Below are positions 13,721-26,500 of a DNA stretch of 64,000 bases, piece by piece (within the stretch, counting starts at the first letter, position 1; every line of letters starts with the position of its first letter). The DNA comes from Eledone cirrhosa (Eukaryota): NCBI GenBank assembly GCA_964016885.1, contig OZ024746.1, forward strand, positions 3,782,001 to 3,846,000. Reading direction: 5' to 3'. A program made the position numbers and the translations under genes. A model generated the notes under the pieces. That model saw nothing but the letters and a program-made list of their open reading frames with translations, had not been told where the DNA came from and did no database searches.

Positions 13721-13815
13721 CAGAAGAGAGGATGATACAAGAGATTTAGAAACAGATATATATATAAAAATGAAACAAAAATAAACGAAGTATATATATA
13801 TATGAGTGTGTGTGG

Positions 13816-13859
13816 TGTCTGATGACCCTATGGTAAACAGGCGAAACTCCAGAGTAACA
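13816..13859 (+). ncRNA. Minimal type I hammerhead motif next to (TA)n
   Basis: tgt-CTGATGA-c cct atggtaaac agg c-GAAA-CTC ca GAG-TA-aca; the pair at the base of stem II is mismatched. Confidence 0.6.
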
Positions 13860-13876
13860 AGTCTCACTATGTAGCC

Positions 13877-13922
<46 letters not shown>

Positions 13923-13983
13923 AATGCTATTGAAAAGTTCAAATGTGTAGACATTTGTTTATAAGTAACCTAGATGAATATTG

Positions 13984-14183
13984 ATTTCTAACTTAGACCA
14001 GCAAATTTGGGGGAAGAGCAAAGTTAATTATATCGAACCCTGACTAATACTTTATTTTATCGACCCTGGAGAGATGAAAGACAAAAGTGACTCCGACGGG
14101 ATTTGAACTCAGACCATAAAGAACCAGAACCAATACCACGGTGAAATTTTATCTGACGCTCTAATAATTGTGCCAACTCACCA
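13984..14183 (-). mobile_element. SINE group A, diverged
   Basis: tactttattttatcgaccc...gggatttgaactcag...tgccaactcacc. Confidence 0.7.
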
Positions 14184-16518
14184 TCTAAAACTTTAGTGAA
14201 TATTGAATAATATCCAGTCAACCCTTTTAACACGACCGCAGCTCAACAAATCACTCTCACACAGATGGTAAACATTTGATAGTGTTAGTAGTGGTTCTAG
14301 TGATGGGGAGGAGGTTAAATATATTGGTGTAGTTAACTCTCTGCTTCGTTGGTGATAATCGTGTCGTTAACTCTGAATATGTCTGGGTCTGTCATCAAAT
14401 CAAGATATTTAGATATTTCATTGCTGTGGCTTTAAAATGAAATATTCAATTTCACTTTAAACAAAACCGGTGTGGTTGTCAATGTAGCGTAGAATGATTA
14501 ATTTCCTTTAAAAGTAAATGTCTTCGTTATGTTTTAAATTACTCCACATTACAAAATTAATGTGTTTTACAACTTTTTATCATTAACTGCACACTCAGTT
14601 TAAAGTTTTTCATATGATTTACTCGAATTTTGTTTAATATCTTCAATTAGATATTCAGAGTTGGGAAGGAATTACATCGAGTTTGTGCAGTTTGGTCGGG
14701 ATCGAGAAGCTCTGTTTTAAACAGCTGGGTTACGTTGGTCGGAAGTAGTTCTGAGGTGGCAGTTTATTGCCGGCCCAAACACTAGGAGTTGTCATAACTC
14801 AGTAACTGGAACTCACACACGAGACATGTTAGCATTTGCCCACTGACACGTGCAGACTGGAAGCTGAACCATTCCACGGTGTATCCTACTGTAGCTGTTA
14901 TGTTCACTGTACAAGAATCTATGCAGATACTGCAACCTCAGTGCACATCTGCGCATCATCATTCACAATATCTTGAGATTTGGGTCGAGTCTGTACTCTC
15001 CATAAAATGCGATAGAACAGACTCTCCAATTTAGTTAGATATTCTATGGAGTAAACCACAGCGACTAATCGCTAAAATTTCACCAAACCATTTACCATAT
15101 TCGGGATATTCTACTCTCGGCCATTCCTAGTAGAGATTGGCTATCTTGGTCGAAATTCAACCCTATTTCTCACTACCTGGATGTCTGAACCGAACCAAAT
15201 CCTGGTAAATATATAAAACCCTATCAGGAATGAATCTACCCCTTCATATGTTATACTGCAAACCTTTCTCTGACTAATATGTATTTCTAGAACCACCTTC
15301 TATTCATCTAGTTTGGTATAATTTAATTTGATTTCTGAAATGTTTGATATATTGATAGTGACGCAGTGTGCGCATGTAGATACTCCCCCATTCTTCAATT
15401 TGATAGTTGTATATTGATGTCTCTCAGTAGATCCAGCTTCTGTAATAAGTATTCAATAGCCAAAACATAGAAGTGAGGAGGGCACCATCGGTAGAGTCAC
15501 CGTTCTGTCACACGACGTATCTTGGCCATTTTAAAGTTGGCAGAACCCTCTCTAGGTAATACTTTTGGTAGTCACCAATTTATTCTGATCACCAAGATTA
15601 GACTGCTGTATAATGCAATGAGCCAGCCTCTAACGCTAGGGCTGGAACCAACTGGTTTTCTGCAAAGTAGGCAGAAAATCCCACTAAAAATGTTTCGAAT
15701 ATTTGTGAGTGGCAAGTTTAATCTTTATAAAGGAAAAATATGCAATGATAAAAGTAAAGAACTTATCAAATATTGCATCATACTATGTTTTCAATTGACC
15801 TTACTTGATCTGATACAATGAAAGCAACCCCCCACCTCTGCACAATATATTGTAGTACCAACAGGTGGTGTTGACTGCTACTACTACTGTGGTGGTTGTT
15901 TCTTCTACGGCCCTTACTATAGAAACAGCAGTAGCTGTCGTATGTTTTTAGTGGTATAGGCATGTTCCCACTCCCTGTTATTGTTGCTTTTGTTTCAATA
16001 GAAGACAAGGAAGTTTTCAAATAACAAATTCAAACGTGAAATACTGTGACTGTCGCTACCATAACTGTCATGCCTCTTCTTCCTTTCCTGTGCATTATAA
16101 ACATGTCTCATATTTTCTCAACTAATTTCCTTGAGAGAAGGTCTTGAAGTTTATAACTTCCCTATAATTCTCCATTACAGCCAAGGGCTCAAAAAAGGTG
16201 ACACATCTATATCTTTAGCCTATCACATCGACACTTCGTATAGTGTGGGACCAGCAACGACTCTTCAAAGATCCATAGAGTGATGGAATATTTTTTATAG
16301 GTTCTTATGAATACAAAATATGACTATTATCATAAGGGTCAGACACGAGGCTTCTCCTCTCACTGGACACATTTACATCTACTGACACAACCTTATTGTG
16401 TATCGACACGAAACTATATTTAAAATCATTTAATAACATATTTACCGTACTGTCCTAGTTTGACCATTACTGAAACGAAATAAAAAAAAATGTAGATTTA
16501 GTATTATATATATAATAT

Positions 16519-16771
16519 AGAAGGCACATGGCTTAGTGGTTAGAGCATTGGGCTTGCAATCGAAAGGTTGTGAATTCAATTCTCGGACCGGGTGATGTGT
16601 TGTTTCCTTGAGCAAGACACTTTATTTCACGTTGCTCCAGTTTACTCAGCTGTAGAAATGAGTACCAGCCTGCTCAGCCACTGGGATGGCGTTATCTTAT
16701 GGCTAAAACAGCACGACGTGCTGTGACCAGCGGCGCCGATTGGCGTCTGACAGACTGGTCGGTCAAGGTGA
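16519..16771 (+). mobile_element. tRNA-derived SINE group B (CORE-like centre), tail type 1
   Basis: A box tggcttagtgg, B-box-like gaattcaattc, CORE-like ccttgagcaagacacttta. Confidence 0.8.
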
Positions 16772-16784
16772 TATATAATATATT

Positions 16785-16817
<33 letters not shown>

Positions 16818-16904
16818 AATATATTTATATATATATATAATATATTTATATATATATATATTTATATATATATATAATATATTTATATATATATATAATA
16901 TATT

Positions 16905-16937
<33 letters not shown>

Positions 16938-17575
16938 ATATCATATATTTATATATATATATATATAATATATTTATATATATATATATATAATATATTT
17001 ATATATATATATAATATATTTATATATATATATATAATATATTTATATATATATAATATATTTATATATATATAATATATATATAATATATTTATATATA
17101 TATAATATATTTATATATATATAATATATTTATATATATATATAATATATTTATATATATATAATATATTTATATATATATAATATATATATAATATATT
17201 TATATATATATAATATATTTATATATATATAATATATTTATATATATATAATATATTTATATATATATATAATATATTTATGTATATATATAATATATTT
17301 ATATATATATATATAATATATTTATATATATATATAATATATTTATATATATATATAATATATTTATATATATATATAATATATTTATATAAATATAATA
17401 TATTTATATATATATATAATATATTTATATATATAATATATTTATATATATATATATAATATATTTATATATATATATAATATATTTATATATATATAAT
17501 ATATTTATATATATATAATATATTTATATATACATAATATATTTATATATATATATAATATATTTATATAATATA
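16772..17575. repeat. AT-only minisatellite (tatataatatatt-type units)
   Basis: About 800 bp made almost entirely of A and T with a recurring aatatattt motif. Confidence 0.95.
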
Positions 17576-17751
17576 TTGCGGTAGAGCGTCAGACACCATG
17601 CTTTGACGCATAGAGTTACGGCCCTTGCCATTCTGGGTTCAAATCCCGCCGAGGTTAACTTTGCCTTTCATCCTCACGGGGTTGAAAAAATAAAGTACCA
17701 GTAATGCACTGAGTAATTGCTGGCCTTGTGCCAAAAGTAGAAACGATTATC
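17576..17751 (+). mobile_element. SINE group A
   Basis: Near full-length match to 24111-24305. Confidence 0.85.
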
Positions 17752-18244
17752 ATAGGCGCTTAATTCTCAAATTTTCACATTTTTATGAGTAGGATTTTCT
17801 CTCTTCCTTCAAATCATCTTGAGGAATTTCCCCCCCCCCCCTCTCTGAGTGACTCCCACCCACCCTATTGGACCTTCACCGTTCACAAAGTGATAACACC
17901 ATGCTGGGTTATACATTTGTTTCGTTTCGCTCACTTTGGCGGTGTTTTAAAGACAAATTTCCATTCAATTGTAAATAATTCTAGTAAAATAAGTCATGAC
18001 ACTAACATAGCTATTCATTCTTCTTACTGTTGTGTGTCGCTGTTTGGGGTGTCATCACGGCTTGTTTTAACATTGTTGTCTACCCACAACCGGATTTTCT
18101 TGCTATTGACATTCGAGCTTCTGTTTTTGCTGCTATTATTCATAGTAAATAGTTATAACTTTTACTTTCTTCTATCTGAGGAAACTAACTACTTTATTAT
18201 GGTAGTCTCTTCCTGTTACAACCTCTACCGCCATTGTATATAAA

Positions 18245-18366
18245 TGGAGAATTAGAAATAGAAGTTAGGAATATCCGTCATCACTGGTCTACTAGCCATC
18301 ATACCTATGATGGCTAGTAGACCACTGATGACGGATATTCCTAACTTCGATTTCTAATTCTTCATT
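18245..18366. repeat. Fold-back inverted repeat with arms of about 57 bp, containing CTGATGA
   Basis: gaattagaaatagaagttaggaatatccgtcatcactggtctactagccatcata cc tatgatggctagtagaccactgatgacggatattcctaacttcgatttctaattc. Confidence 0.85.
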
Positions 18367-18407
18367 TATTAGACTTAATTGCAACAATACAGCTCGCCAT
18401 TTTTCAT

Positions 18408-18476
<69 letters not shown>

Positions 18477-20040
18477 CTCTCATGCAAGTTAGCATCACTT
18501 TATTAGCAAAGCTATGATTACAACGTCTACTGTTTTAAAAGCTATAAAATATATTCAAATATATGTATGAAAATAGGGTTGAATATAATGACAAAAGTTC
18601 CCTTTTAGATATTGCTGGATTGGGTTCTGTAGTTTTGCTTCACCCTAACCACACTCAAGAGCTTGCCCCTCCTTAGCTAAAGCTTAAGTTAAAATTTTGA
18701 ACGATTTAACAACGTTCGCCTCAAATTTAGTTGTACTTGTTTGTTTATAGAAACTGTAGCTACCCGACAGCGCCGCGGTATTCTGCAGACTGTCCTAGTT
18801 TGTCAAATAAGGGAGTGAGTTGAAAGATATTTACAAATTGGATACGAATCTATGGTAGGCTTTGATAATTTCGTATGCTTATTACATAACAAAGCACTTT
18901 TAAATTATAGAGCATCTCCACTGGGAACAAGCATGAAATAAATGTCTCCAACATTCCTAGTTACATCATAGGAAATTGAAACTTCAAGGTCAAATGGAAT
19001 GAACCTCTGTCGATGTTGACGGTAGGTGTTCCAGTTGTTTGATTAACGAAACAGCTTGCTCCTGAAATTTACATAGAAAATAGCTGAGGATTCTACAGAC
19101 TTATGTACCCTTAACTGGAGATTCGGCGTATGAGATACAGTAGGTGGTAGGATTTCATACTGTTTCCGTCTACACAATCTCACTCCCAAACTCGGGTCAA
19201 TCCAAATCAAATAACACTTGCCCAAGATGCCAATCATTGTTAACGAATGAAGAGTTAAATAGTTTTGACTGAATATCGAAATAGGAACGTGAATGGGTCT
19301 TACTAGAAGATTACCCCTTCTTTTAAAGCGGGGTTTGTAAATCTATCTATTATAGCTGTGGGTTAGATTCTGGTCGTCTCCGAGTTAGAGGACTATGATG
19401 AAATGCATTCCAACCAGGACTGTTCCACCCTATGTATAGCATTTTATATCTAAGACATTCAATGTCTTTTCCTTTTCAGTGGGGTAAGGTATCATTTGAA
19501 GGGAAAATTTACCTGCTATTTCTATCGGCTCGGTTGAACATGGAGAGGATATTTCAGTCACTTGTTCTGTTTAAATAGTTTGTGATAATGGAATCCAAAT
19601 ATTTGGAATATATTCTGTGAAAAGTAATTATTGTAATATAATAGAATAAAGTGTATTGTGTAAAAGGAAGGCGAAATAATTGTAAATTTTATATTTTTCT
19701 AATCTGTAGCAATGTTACGACTTTGAAATTATTTTTACATGATGATTACTGGCAGATGGAACTTCTTATAATAATATTAATAATAATATCACGTCTCTGA
19801 AGTAATGTTGTATCCATGGTAAATACACTAAACCAGAGATGGGGAACCTGTGGCCTTAAGGCCGCATGAGGCTTTTTTTGACATTCTAAGCGGTCTTTTG
19901 AAAGAATAAAAAATTTCAACAATTTTAAAAATATCTACACGAAACTGTGACATTTGTATTTATATTTCTTAACACACAAATATGTGTCCTACTTACAATG
20001 ACATAGTAACGTAACAATTGTATTTTCTTTTTATTAAGAG

Positions 20041-20370
20041 CAGAGGTTCAAACTTTTGGGGGCACCCCCCCCCCCCCCCCCCTCACGGCCTCATAATACC
20101 CTCAGCGCCCCGACCCCTATTTCCAGAGAAACCTGCCTACATGCGAATTGTAAATAATATATAATAAATAAAATTGTTAATTTATATATAATAAATAAAA
20201 TATACTATGTATAAATAAATATTATATATTTTTTATTTACTATATTTAAATATACTATTATATATCTACCCCAGCCCCACCCCTTAGGCCGCAACACCCC
20301 ACTGGACCTACTCAAGCCCCCCCCCCCCCCCCCCCCCAGGAGGTGGTAGCGTCCACTTTGAGAACCCCTG
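20041..20370. mobile_element. hAT/Charlie-like MITE; a second hAT-like end starts at about 19834
   Basis: Ends cagaggttcaaactt and actttgagaacccctg resemble CAGGGGTTCTCAAA TIRs; the TSD is not clear. Confidence 0.55.
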
Positions 20371-21010
20371 GTCTGACACCTCAATGACTGGTTACATATT
20401 ATATTACTCTCTACGGGCAACCAGTAAGGGAGCATATATTTTATTGCTATCTAGTATCAACAATGACCCCCAACCGTAGCAATTGTTTTATTATTATCTT
20501 TAAAAATAAGATAATCATAAGACCGAGCAGAATAAAATAGATTTTCCTTCGTAGTTGAACATATTTATTTTATTATTCCGTAAATAGGGTAAATTATTTA
20601 ATCTTTCCTGACCAGATATATTCACCAACATCGAAGCATCCTTATTAAATTCAATGAGTTAGTGATTGGGATTTGTGACACATGAATGTCCCAAGAAAAT
20701 TAGTTGATTATATACGAAGAAATTATCACTACTGAGAATTGAACCCGGGCCACAGATTTCAGTCGTTGTGTGTTTATCATACACCTAACGAACACGCAAC
20801 TTTCATTTACATTTACATTTATAAGATGCAACAAAATAATTTTTTTAAAGATGTTAGTGAGAGGAATATATAACCAGATGGTGGAATTAAACTTGATACA
20901 CTAAATCTTCCATCATATGGTTTTTAACGGCTTTTGAACTTGGTATTTGAAGTGAGTGAGGTGGAACAGACCTAAAGACACTCAATCAATGATGTTTATT
21001 TAGCATATAT

Positions 21011-21266
21011 GTGAAGGCGCATGGCTTAGTGGTTAGAGCATTGGGCTTGCAATCGAAAGGTTGCGAATTCAATTCTCGGACCGGGTGATGTGTTGTTTCC
21101 TTGAGCAAGACACTTTATTTCATGTTGCTCCAGTTTACTCAGCTGTAGAAATGAGATGATAGGACAGGGGTCCCTATCATTAAATTATCCAAGATACCTC
21201 CAACGAAATATACATTGGAGGAGGCCAGCTAAATCTGCATAGGTGTGAGCTGTCACACACACACAT
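21011..21266 (+). mobile_element. SINE group B, full length, tail type 2
   Basis: Same head and CORE-like centre as 16519. Tail gataggacaggggtccctatc...ggccagctaaatctgcataggtgtgag is shared with 63135-63386. Confidence 0.85.
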
Positions 21267-22042
21267 TTAGCATATATATTTATTGGTAATTTAGCATGAA
21301 TATATATATATTTATACATACCACTGTCACAAATTGGTACTTAGAATGCCTAATATTGTTTATATTTATTTTATAACTTTATCCCATCAGAAGTTGTTTC
21401 ACAGTTTAATCCGAAAGAAAAGTTTAGATTCCATAACTCTGTTCCGTTACGCATATCATGATCCGAAAGTTACTCAAAGTTGTGTTAAGCCGGACGGTAG
21501 CTGAAGTCTTTAACCCAAGTAGTCTACAGCGAGATTCAATCTTAAAACTCTAAGAATTGGAACAAACACCTAAGTCATCTCGTTTGACGATCTTATAATT
21601 TCACCAATCCCTTGGGTCGCAACTTTATTTTGTAGACCCCTCAGAACGTAACTATATGCCTTAACACATGTCCGATACTCTGCCAATCCAAATAAAAACT
21701 GCTTCTAGTAATGAGAAGTTTAGGAGAGCAGAAAAAGACCAATGAGTTGTTAAAGTCACATGATAAAGTCTGTAAACATAAAACATACAACGAACCAATG
21801 TTATGACAGAGAACTGAGTGGAATCCATTTATATCTAGTTAACCTATTTTATCCATTTTCGATGTACAATGTAAAGCAAAAGTGGCTTCGGCGGGATTTG
21901 AACTCAGAGTACAGAAAGCCGAAATAAATACCGCAAGGTATTTTTCTCATACTATAACAACTCTGCTATTTTACTAAAATCTGCTATCATAGTTGTACAG
22001 TTATCAGAGGTGTCACTTGTTTATGTAAGCAATCAATAGAAT

Positions 22043-22071
22043 GACTGCTGCTACTACTACTACTACTACTA

Positions 22072-22124
<53 letters not shown>

Positions 22125-22175
22125 ACTACTACTAATACTATAACTACCACCACCACCACTACTACTACTACTACT
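22043..22175. repeat. (ACT)n/(GCT)n trinucleotide tract
   Basis: Direct inspection. Confidence 0.95.
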
Positions 22176-22608
22176 GAGACGATAACCTCTCACTCTGACG
22201 GTCTTCGCGACTATGAAACTTAACAAAGAGCTGATTGAAAGCTTTGTCAAATAAAGTTGGGGGCGATTTTGGTCAATGTAATATTTAATGTAAAAAAATA
22301 CAAACCGAAAATCAGATAAAGCAATTAATTCAACCGGATGTTGCGAAAGAGGTTGTCAACAATCAACAGACGATGTTGCTTAAAAACACATAACCTCATA
22401 CGCACGCCCAAACACACATATATACAAAGTAAAATTTATAAAGGAAACTAAATTTTAGAAAAAAAACAATATTTTACTCGGTAAAAGAAGTAAATAAAGC
22501 CAGATGAACTCCAAATCTACCTCCATTTGAATTAGAATTGTTTTTACACGCCAAAGTTTTGCTATATTCGATTAGTTCGCGAAGGAAGGTGCTACCAACA
22601 TGTTTCTA

Positions 22609-22755
22609 GGGCAGTGACGGTAGAGCGTCGGACAACATGCTTCACGGCATAGTGTTATGACTCTTTATGATCTGAGTTCAAATCCCGCCGAGGTTAACTT
22701 TGCCTTTCATCCTTACGGGGTCGATAAAATAAAGCACCAGTAACGTACTGGGGTT
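22609..22755 (+). mobile_element. SINE group A
   Basis: ggcagtgacggtagagcgtcgg...gagttcaaatcccgccgagg...ggggtcgataaaataaag. Confidence 0.8.
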
Positions 22756-22792
22756 CCGTGAACATTTAAGGAAACAATAAGTTAATTACATA

Positions 22793-23995
22793 TCATCATC
22801 ATCATAGTCCCCTAACACGTTTTGGTGTCGTTGGATCACTGCAGTGCCGAACGCTGCACCAACCACCTCCATCTCTGGCGGTCATGGGCGAGTACTTGGA
22901 TTTTGGCAAAATTCTTCCCTGTCCACTCAGTTATGTTGTCTGTCCACCACCTTCTCTTTTCCCGCACTCTTCCTTGGAGAATTGTCTTGGAGAGTCCACC
23001 CGATCTTGTTACAAGCCCAAACCACCTCAGCTTCTTCCCCTTTACTGTGACTTCAAAGTGACTTCTGTGCTGGGTGATTCTTTTATGAACCTCCTCGTTA
23101 ATATGTTCTCTGTGGAAGATTCCTAAGATTATTCTATAGCATTTCATCTCCACTGTTTGGATCTTCCTTTGCAGTTCAGTGATCGGGGTCCGTGGCTCAC
23201 ATGCGAATAGAAAGATGGATAGGATCAACACACGTAAGAGTTTTAGTTCGCATCTAAGAGTGATGTTCTTGTCTCTCCAGAGTGGTTTCAGTTTGACAAG
23301 TGTTGTGGTTATTAAACCACTTCTTTCAAGGATCTGGTCCCTCTAGACTGATGGTGGCGCCAAGGTACTTGAACTACGTCACAGTCTCCAGCTCTTGACC
23401 ACTCACTGTGATCCTTCTCTCTGTTGGTATTGTGGTGTTTGTCATCAACTTGGTTTTCTCAGCGCTGATCTTCATGCCGTATCAGGCGGTTCATCAGTTC
23501 AGCGAGTTCCTCTTCACTTTCAGCAAGTCCGTTGATGTTACCAGCGAACCTGAGGTTTGTGACAATTCGTCCTTCTATACTGATTGCTCCGGAATTGTCT
23601 TCTGGGGCATCGGTCATAATTCGCTCAAGGAAGACGTTGAACAGAATGTGGGAGAGGAGACAGCCCTGTCGGACGTCTACTGACGTGTGGAACAAGTCGT
23701 CCATTGTGTCTTGGACAGGTACCGCACTTGAGGTCTTCGCCTGTTGTAAGTTGTGGATGTTCTTCTGGCACATGTTATATTTCTTCATGGTGGCCTACAA
23801 CGCATCATGCCACACTCTATCAAAGGCTTTCTTGAAATCAACGAATAACTGGTAAATGTCTTGTTGATGTTGACTGTACCTCTCATACAGAACTCTTAGA
23901 CTGAAAATCTGTTTTGTGGTGCTCCTTCCACAGCGGAACCCCGCCTGATCTTCTGCAATGATTTCATCAGCTTGTCACTTCAGCCTGTTCAGTCC
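22793..23995 (-). mobile_element. 5'-truncated RTE-clade LINE (RT pseudogene) with (GAT)n tail
   Basis: Minus-strand fragments FVDFKKAFDSVWH, VRQGCLLS..LFNVFLE, NLRFAGNI (YADD region), KYLG, and KKLRWFG.V.RS.GLSKTILQG.V...RR.W.DNI.EWTG. catcatcatcat lies at the 3' end. Confidence 0.9.
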
Positions 23996-24110
23996 AAGTG
24001 ACACACTAAAGTACCAGTAACACACTGGGGTCGATTTAATTGACTTTCCTCTTATCCCAAAATTGTTGGCCTTGTGCCTAAATCAGAAACCATTATTATT
24101 TAACCCGTTC

Positions 24111-24305
24111 GGCGGTGAATTGGCAGTATCGGTAGAGGGTCGGGCGCCATGCTTTGACGCATAGAGTTACGGCCCTAACCATTCTGAGTTCAAATCCCGC
24201 CGAGGTTAACTTTGCCTTTCATCCTTACAGGGTCGATAAAATAAAGTACCAGTAATGTACTGGGTAATTACTGGCCTTGTGCCAAAAGTAGAAATAATTA
24301 TTATT
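24111..24305 (+). mobile_element. SINE group A, full-length reference copy (a 3' fragment precedes it at 24007-24100)
   Basis: ggcggtgaat-TGGCAGTATCGG (A box) ...gagttcaaatccc (B box)...catccttacagggtcgataaaataaagtaccag...(att)n tail. Confidence 0.9.
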
Positions 24306-24834
24306 TAACCTGTTCTTTATGTTATATAATTTTTCCTAAATAAATCCTTTAATTTTGTTATATATGTGACTACATGTATTCCAACCTGTGGCATAGTATC
24401 AAACCAAATGAATATAATAGAAATATTGAGCAATCCTAAATAATGACATCTTAACACTTGAACCTACGAGAAGTAGGGAGGAGGAGAAATCATTGAAGAA
24501 CTTTTGGGGGTGGTGATAGTATATAAATAATTCTGAAGAAGGAAGTCGGAAAATACACACCCACGATCACACACACACACACACTCTCTCTCTCACACAC
24601 ACTCTCGCTCACACACACACCAGCTACATTGAAACAGTGTGACTAATGCAACTGAAGAATACATATTGAAACTGTAATCAGAAATGAATAAACTTTTTTT
24701 TCTTTTTCATGAAACTTCAAATATTCTCCAATACACTTGACACGTGGTCACCTGTTGCTAATTAGAACGTTACTATGAAGTGGTGAGGTGGTAGCTGCAG
24801 TATCAATAGTAGTAATTGTTAAACTACCTGCAAT

Positions 24835-24968
24835 AGCATCAGCATCAGCATCATTATCATCATCACCATCATCATCATCAAGATCATCATCAAGATCATC
24901 ATCACCATCATCATCATCATCACCACCACCACTATCATGATCATCATCATCGTCGTTATCATCCTTAC

Positions 24969-25002
<34 letters not shown>

Positions 25003-25005
25003 GTT
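24835..25005. repeat. (CAT)n/(TAT)n microsatellite
   Basis: Direct inspection. Confidence 0.95.
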
Positions 25006-25160
25006 AGTCATGGTTTGAGAAATACATTAATAGTTTCTTGAAGAATTTGGTACATCTTAGAAAATATTCTTCAAATACTCAAGGCTGGGATCTGCTGATA
25101 AGAATATGCGCCTAACTATGTTTACAAAGTCTATTATTGTTATTTTTTGGAATGTACCTA

Positions 25161-25466
25161 CGTGTGTGTGTGGGGGGGGGGGCAAAGTTCCTGGTTTGGG
25201 TAAAAGAAAATACAGGAGGATCAGTTAATTATGATTTATTCAACATATTCCCCTCTCAGATTCACACACTACCTCCCCTGTAAAGGTAACAGCTCTACCC
25301 TTTCAGTCCTACCTCCCCTGTAAAGGTAACAACCCTTTCATAGTCCTACCTCTCCTGTAAAGGTACCATCTCTACCCTTCCACAGTCCTACCTCTCCTGT
25401 AAAGGTAACAGCTCTACCCTTTCGCGATACCCTTAAAGCCAGGAACTTCTCTGCTCCTCTCTCCCG
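25161..25466. mobile_element. Mariner-derived MITE with internal repeats of about 40 bp
   Basis: TA|cg...aaagttcctgg and ccaggaactt...cg|TA ends; cctacctc(c/t)cctgtaaaggta(a/c)ca occurs 4 times inside. Confidence 0.6.
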
Positions 25467-25842
25467 TAAGTAATTCTTCGATGTCACTATGGGTGTGGTT
25501 ATATAACAATTCAGTTGTACCAATTGCAAATTGGATAATGGATATATTCCTTAATTGCTTTTAATTTAGCTTCTCAGAATAATTTCGTAGGTCTACGTTT
25601 TTATTCTACTCAACATTTATATTTTTTTATGGGAATTTAATAAACGTGAACTGATGTCTGTCTACATGATAAAGTTACATTGTATTTTCCTGTTACCATT
25701 TTTTATGATACGTGGGAGTTGATATGATTATCACAAAACTTTCTACGTAAGGAATTATAATTTAACTGCCAGGTGTGTATAGAGCAGCTTCACTGGGTTA
25801 TTATCTATCAAGTATAAAACATTCTTATTACTATTATCAGTT

Positions 25843-26238
25843 GTGAGCTGACTTTTGGGAGGCTCCCGTATATCTCTGAGTTCTTCATCCTCAGTGTATA
25901 CTGATTAATGTTCAGAGTCATCCTCAGCATTCTCGTGTAGCAACCATCCACCATCTGAGTGAGTTTCTTGGTCAGGGTCACAGAGGAGACTGAGGTTAGC
26001 TGGACATGCTCACCGACATCCAGAGTTGGCACTGCTCTCAGTGCTCCTGTGGGAGCCCCTGCATGGACACACTGGAAGAGGAAGACCGAGGTTAACATAT
26101 GTTGATGCCCTAAGGACAGACACTGGTCACTTGGAGACGCAGGACATGGCAGCGATGATGAGGGACAGAGACCGCTAGAGAGAACTCGTCCATGGATCTC
26201 GGGAAGTTTACCCGCCCTAGACATAGATAGATAGATAG
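25843..26238 (+). mobile_element. RTE-group LINE family L copy with 5' inversion and a 16-bp TSD
   Basis: TSD attactattatcagtt at 25827-25842 and 26239-26254. 25843-25979 is antisense (LTKKLTQMVDGCYTRMLR...LPKVSS); 25980-26238 is sense (QRRLRLAGHAHRHPE...) and ends ccgccctagacatagatag. Confidence 0.9.
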
Positions 26239-26364
26239 ATTACTATTATCAGTTTTATATAAGTTTCCGCTGTACTATCAGGTGAACCTTCTTCTTGAGC
26301 TGGACGCAATATTGTTTGTTAAACATCTAGAGCTGTGTTCGTTTGAAAACGACTGCCTTGATGA

Positions 26365-26500
26365 CTGTAACCAGGTAGTAATGGTTAACTCTATCGAAAG
26401 TCTTCGATTTGTATAAGTTGATGAGGGCGCCACCCATGCCATCTTCTCTATGATGTATCGTATCGACATGTTGACATTCTTCCGTGGAACTAATAGTCCT
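26365..26500 (-). mobile_element. L1/Tx1-like reverse transcriptase fragment
   Basis: Minus strand VPRKN...IRYIIEK then, after a frameshift, GMGGALINLYKSKTFDRVNHYYL, resembling the L.LD..KAFDRV.H motif. Confidence 0.6.

Noticed and set aside
21011-21085. tRNA gene (also the heads at 16519, 24111, 52473 and 63310-63386)
   Set aside because: A and B boxes are present but I find no acceptor-stem pairing, and each continues into a SINE body.
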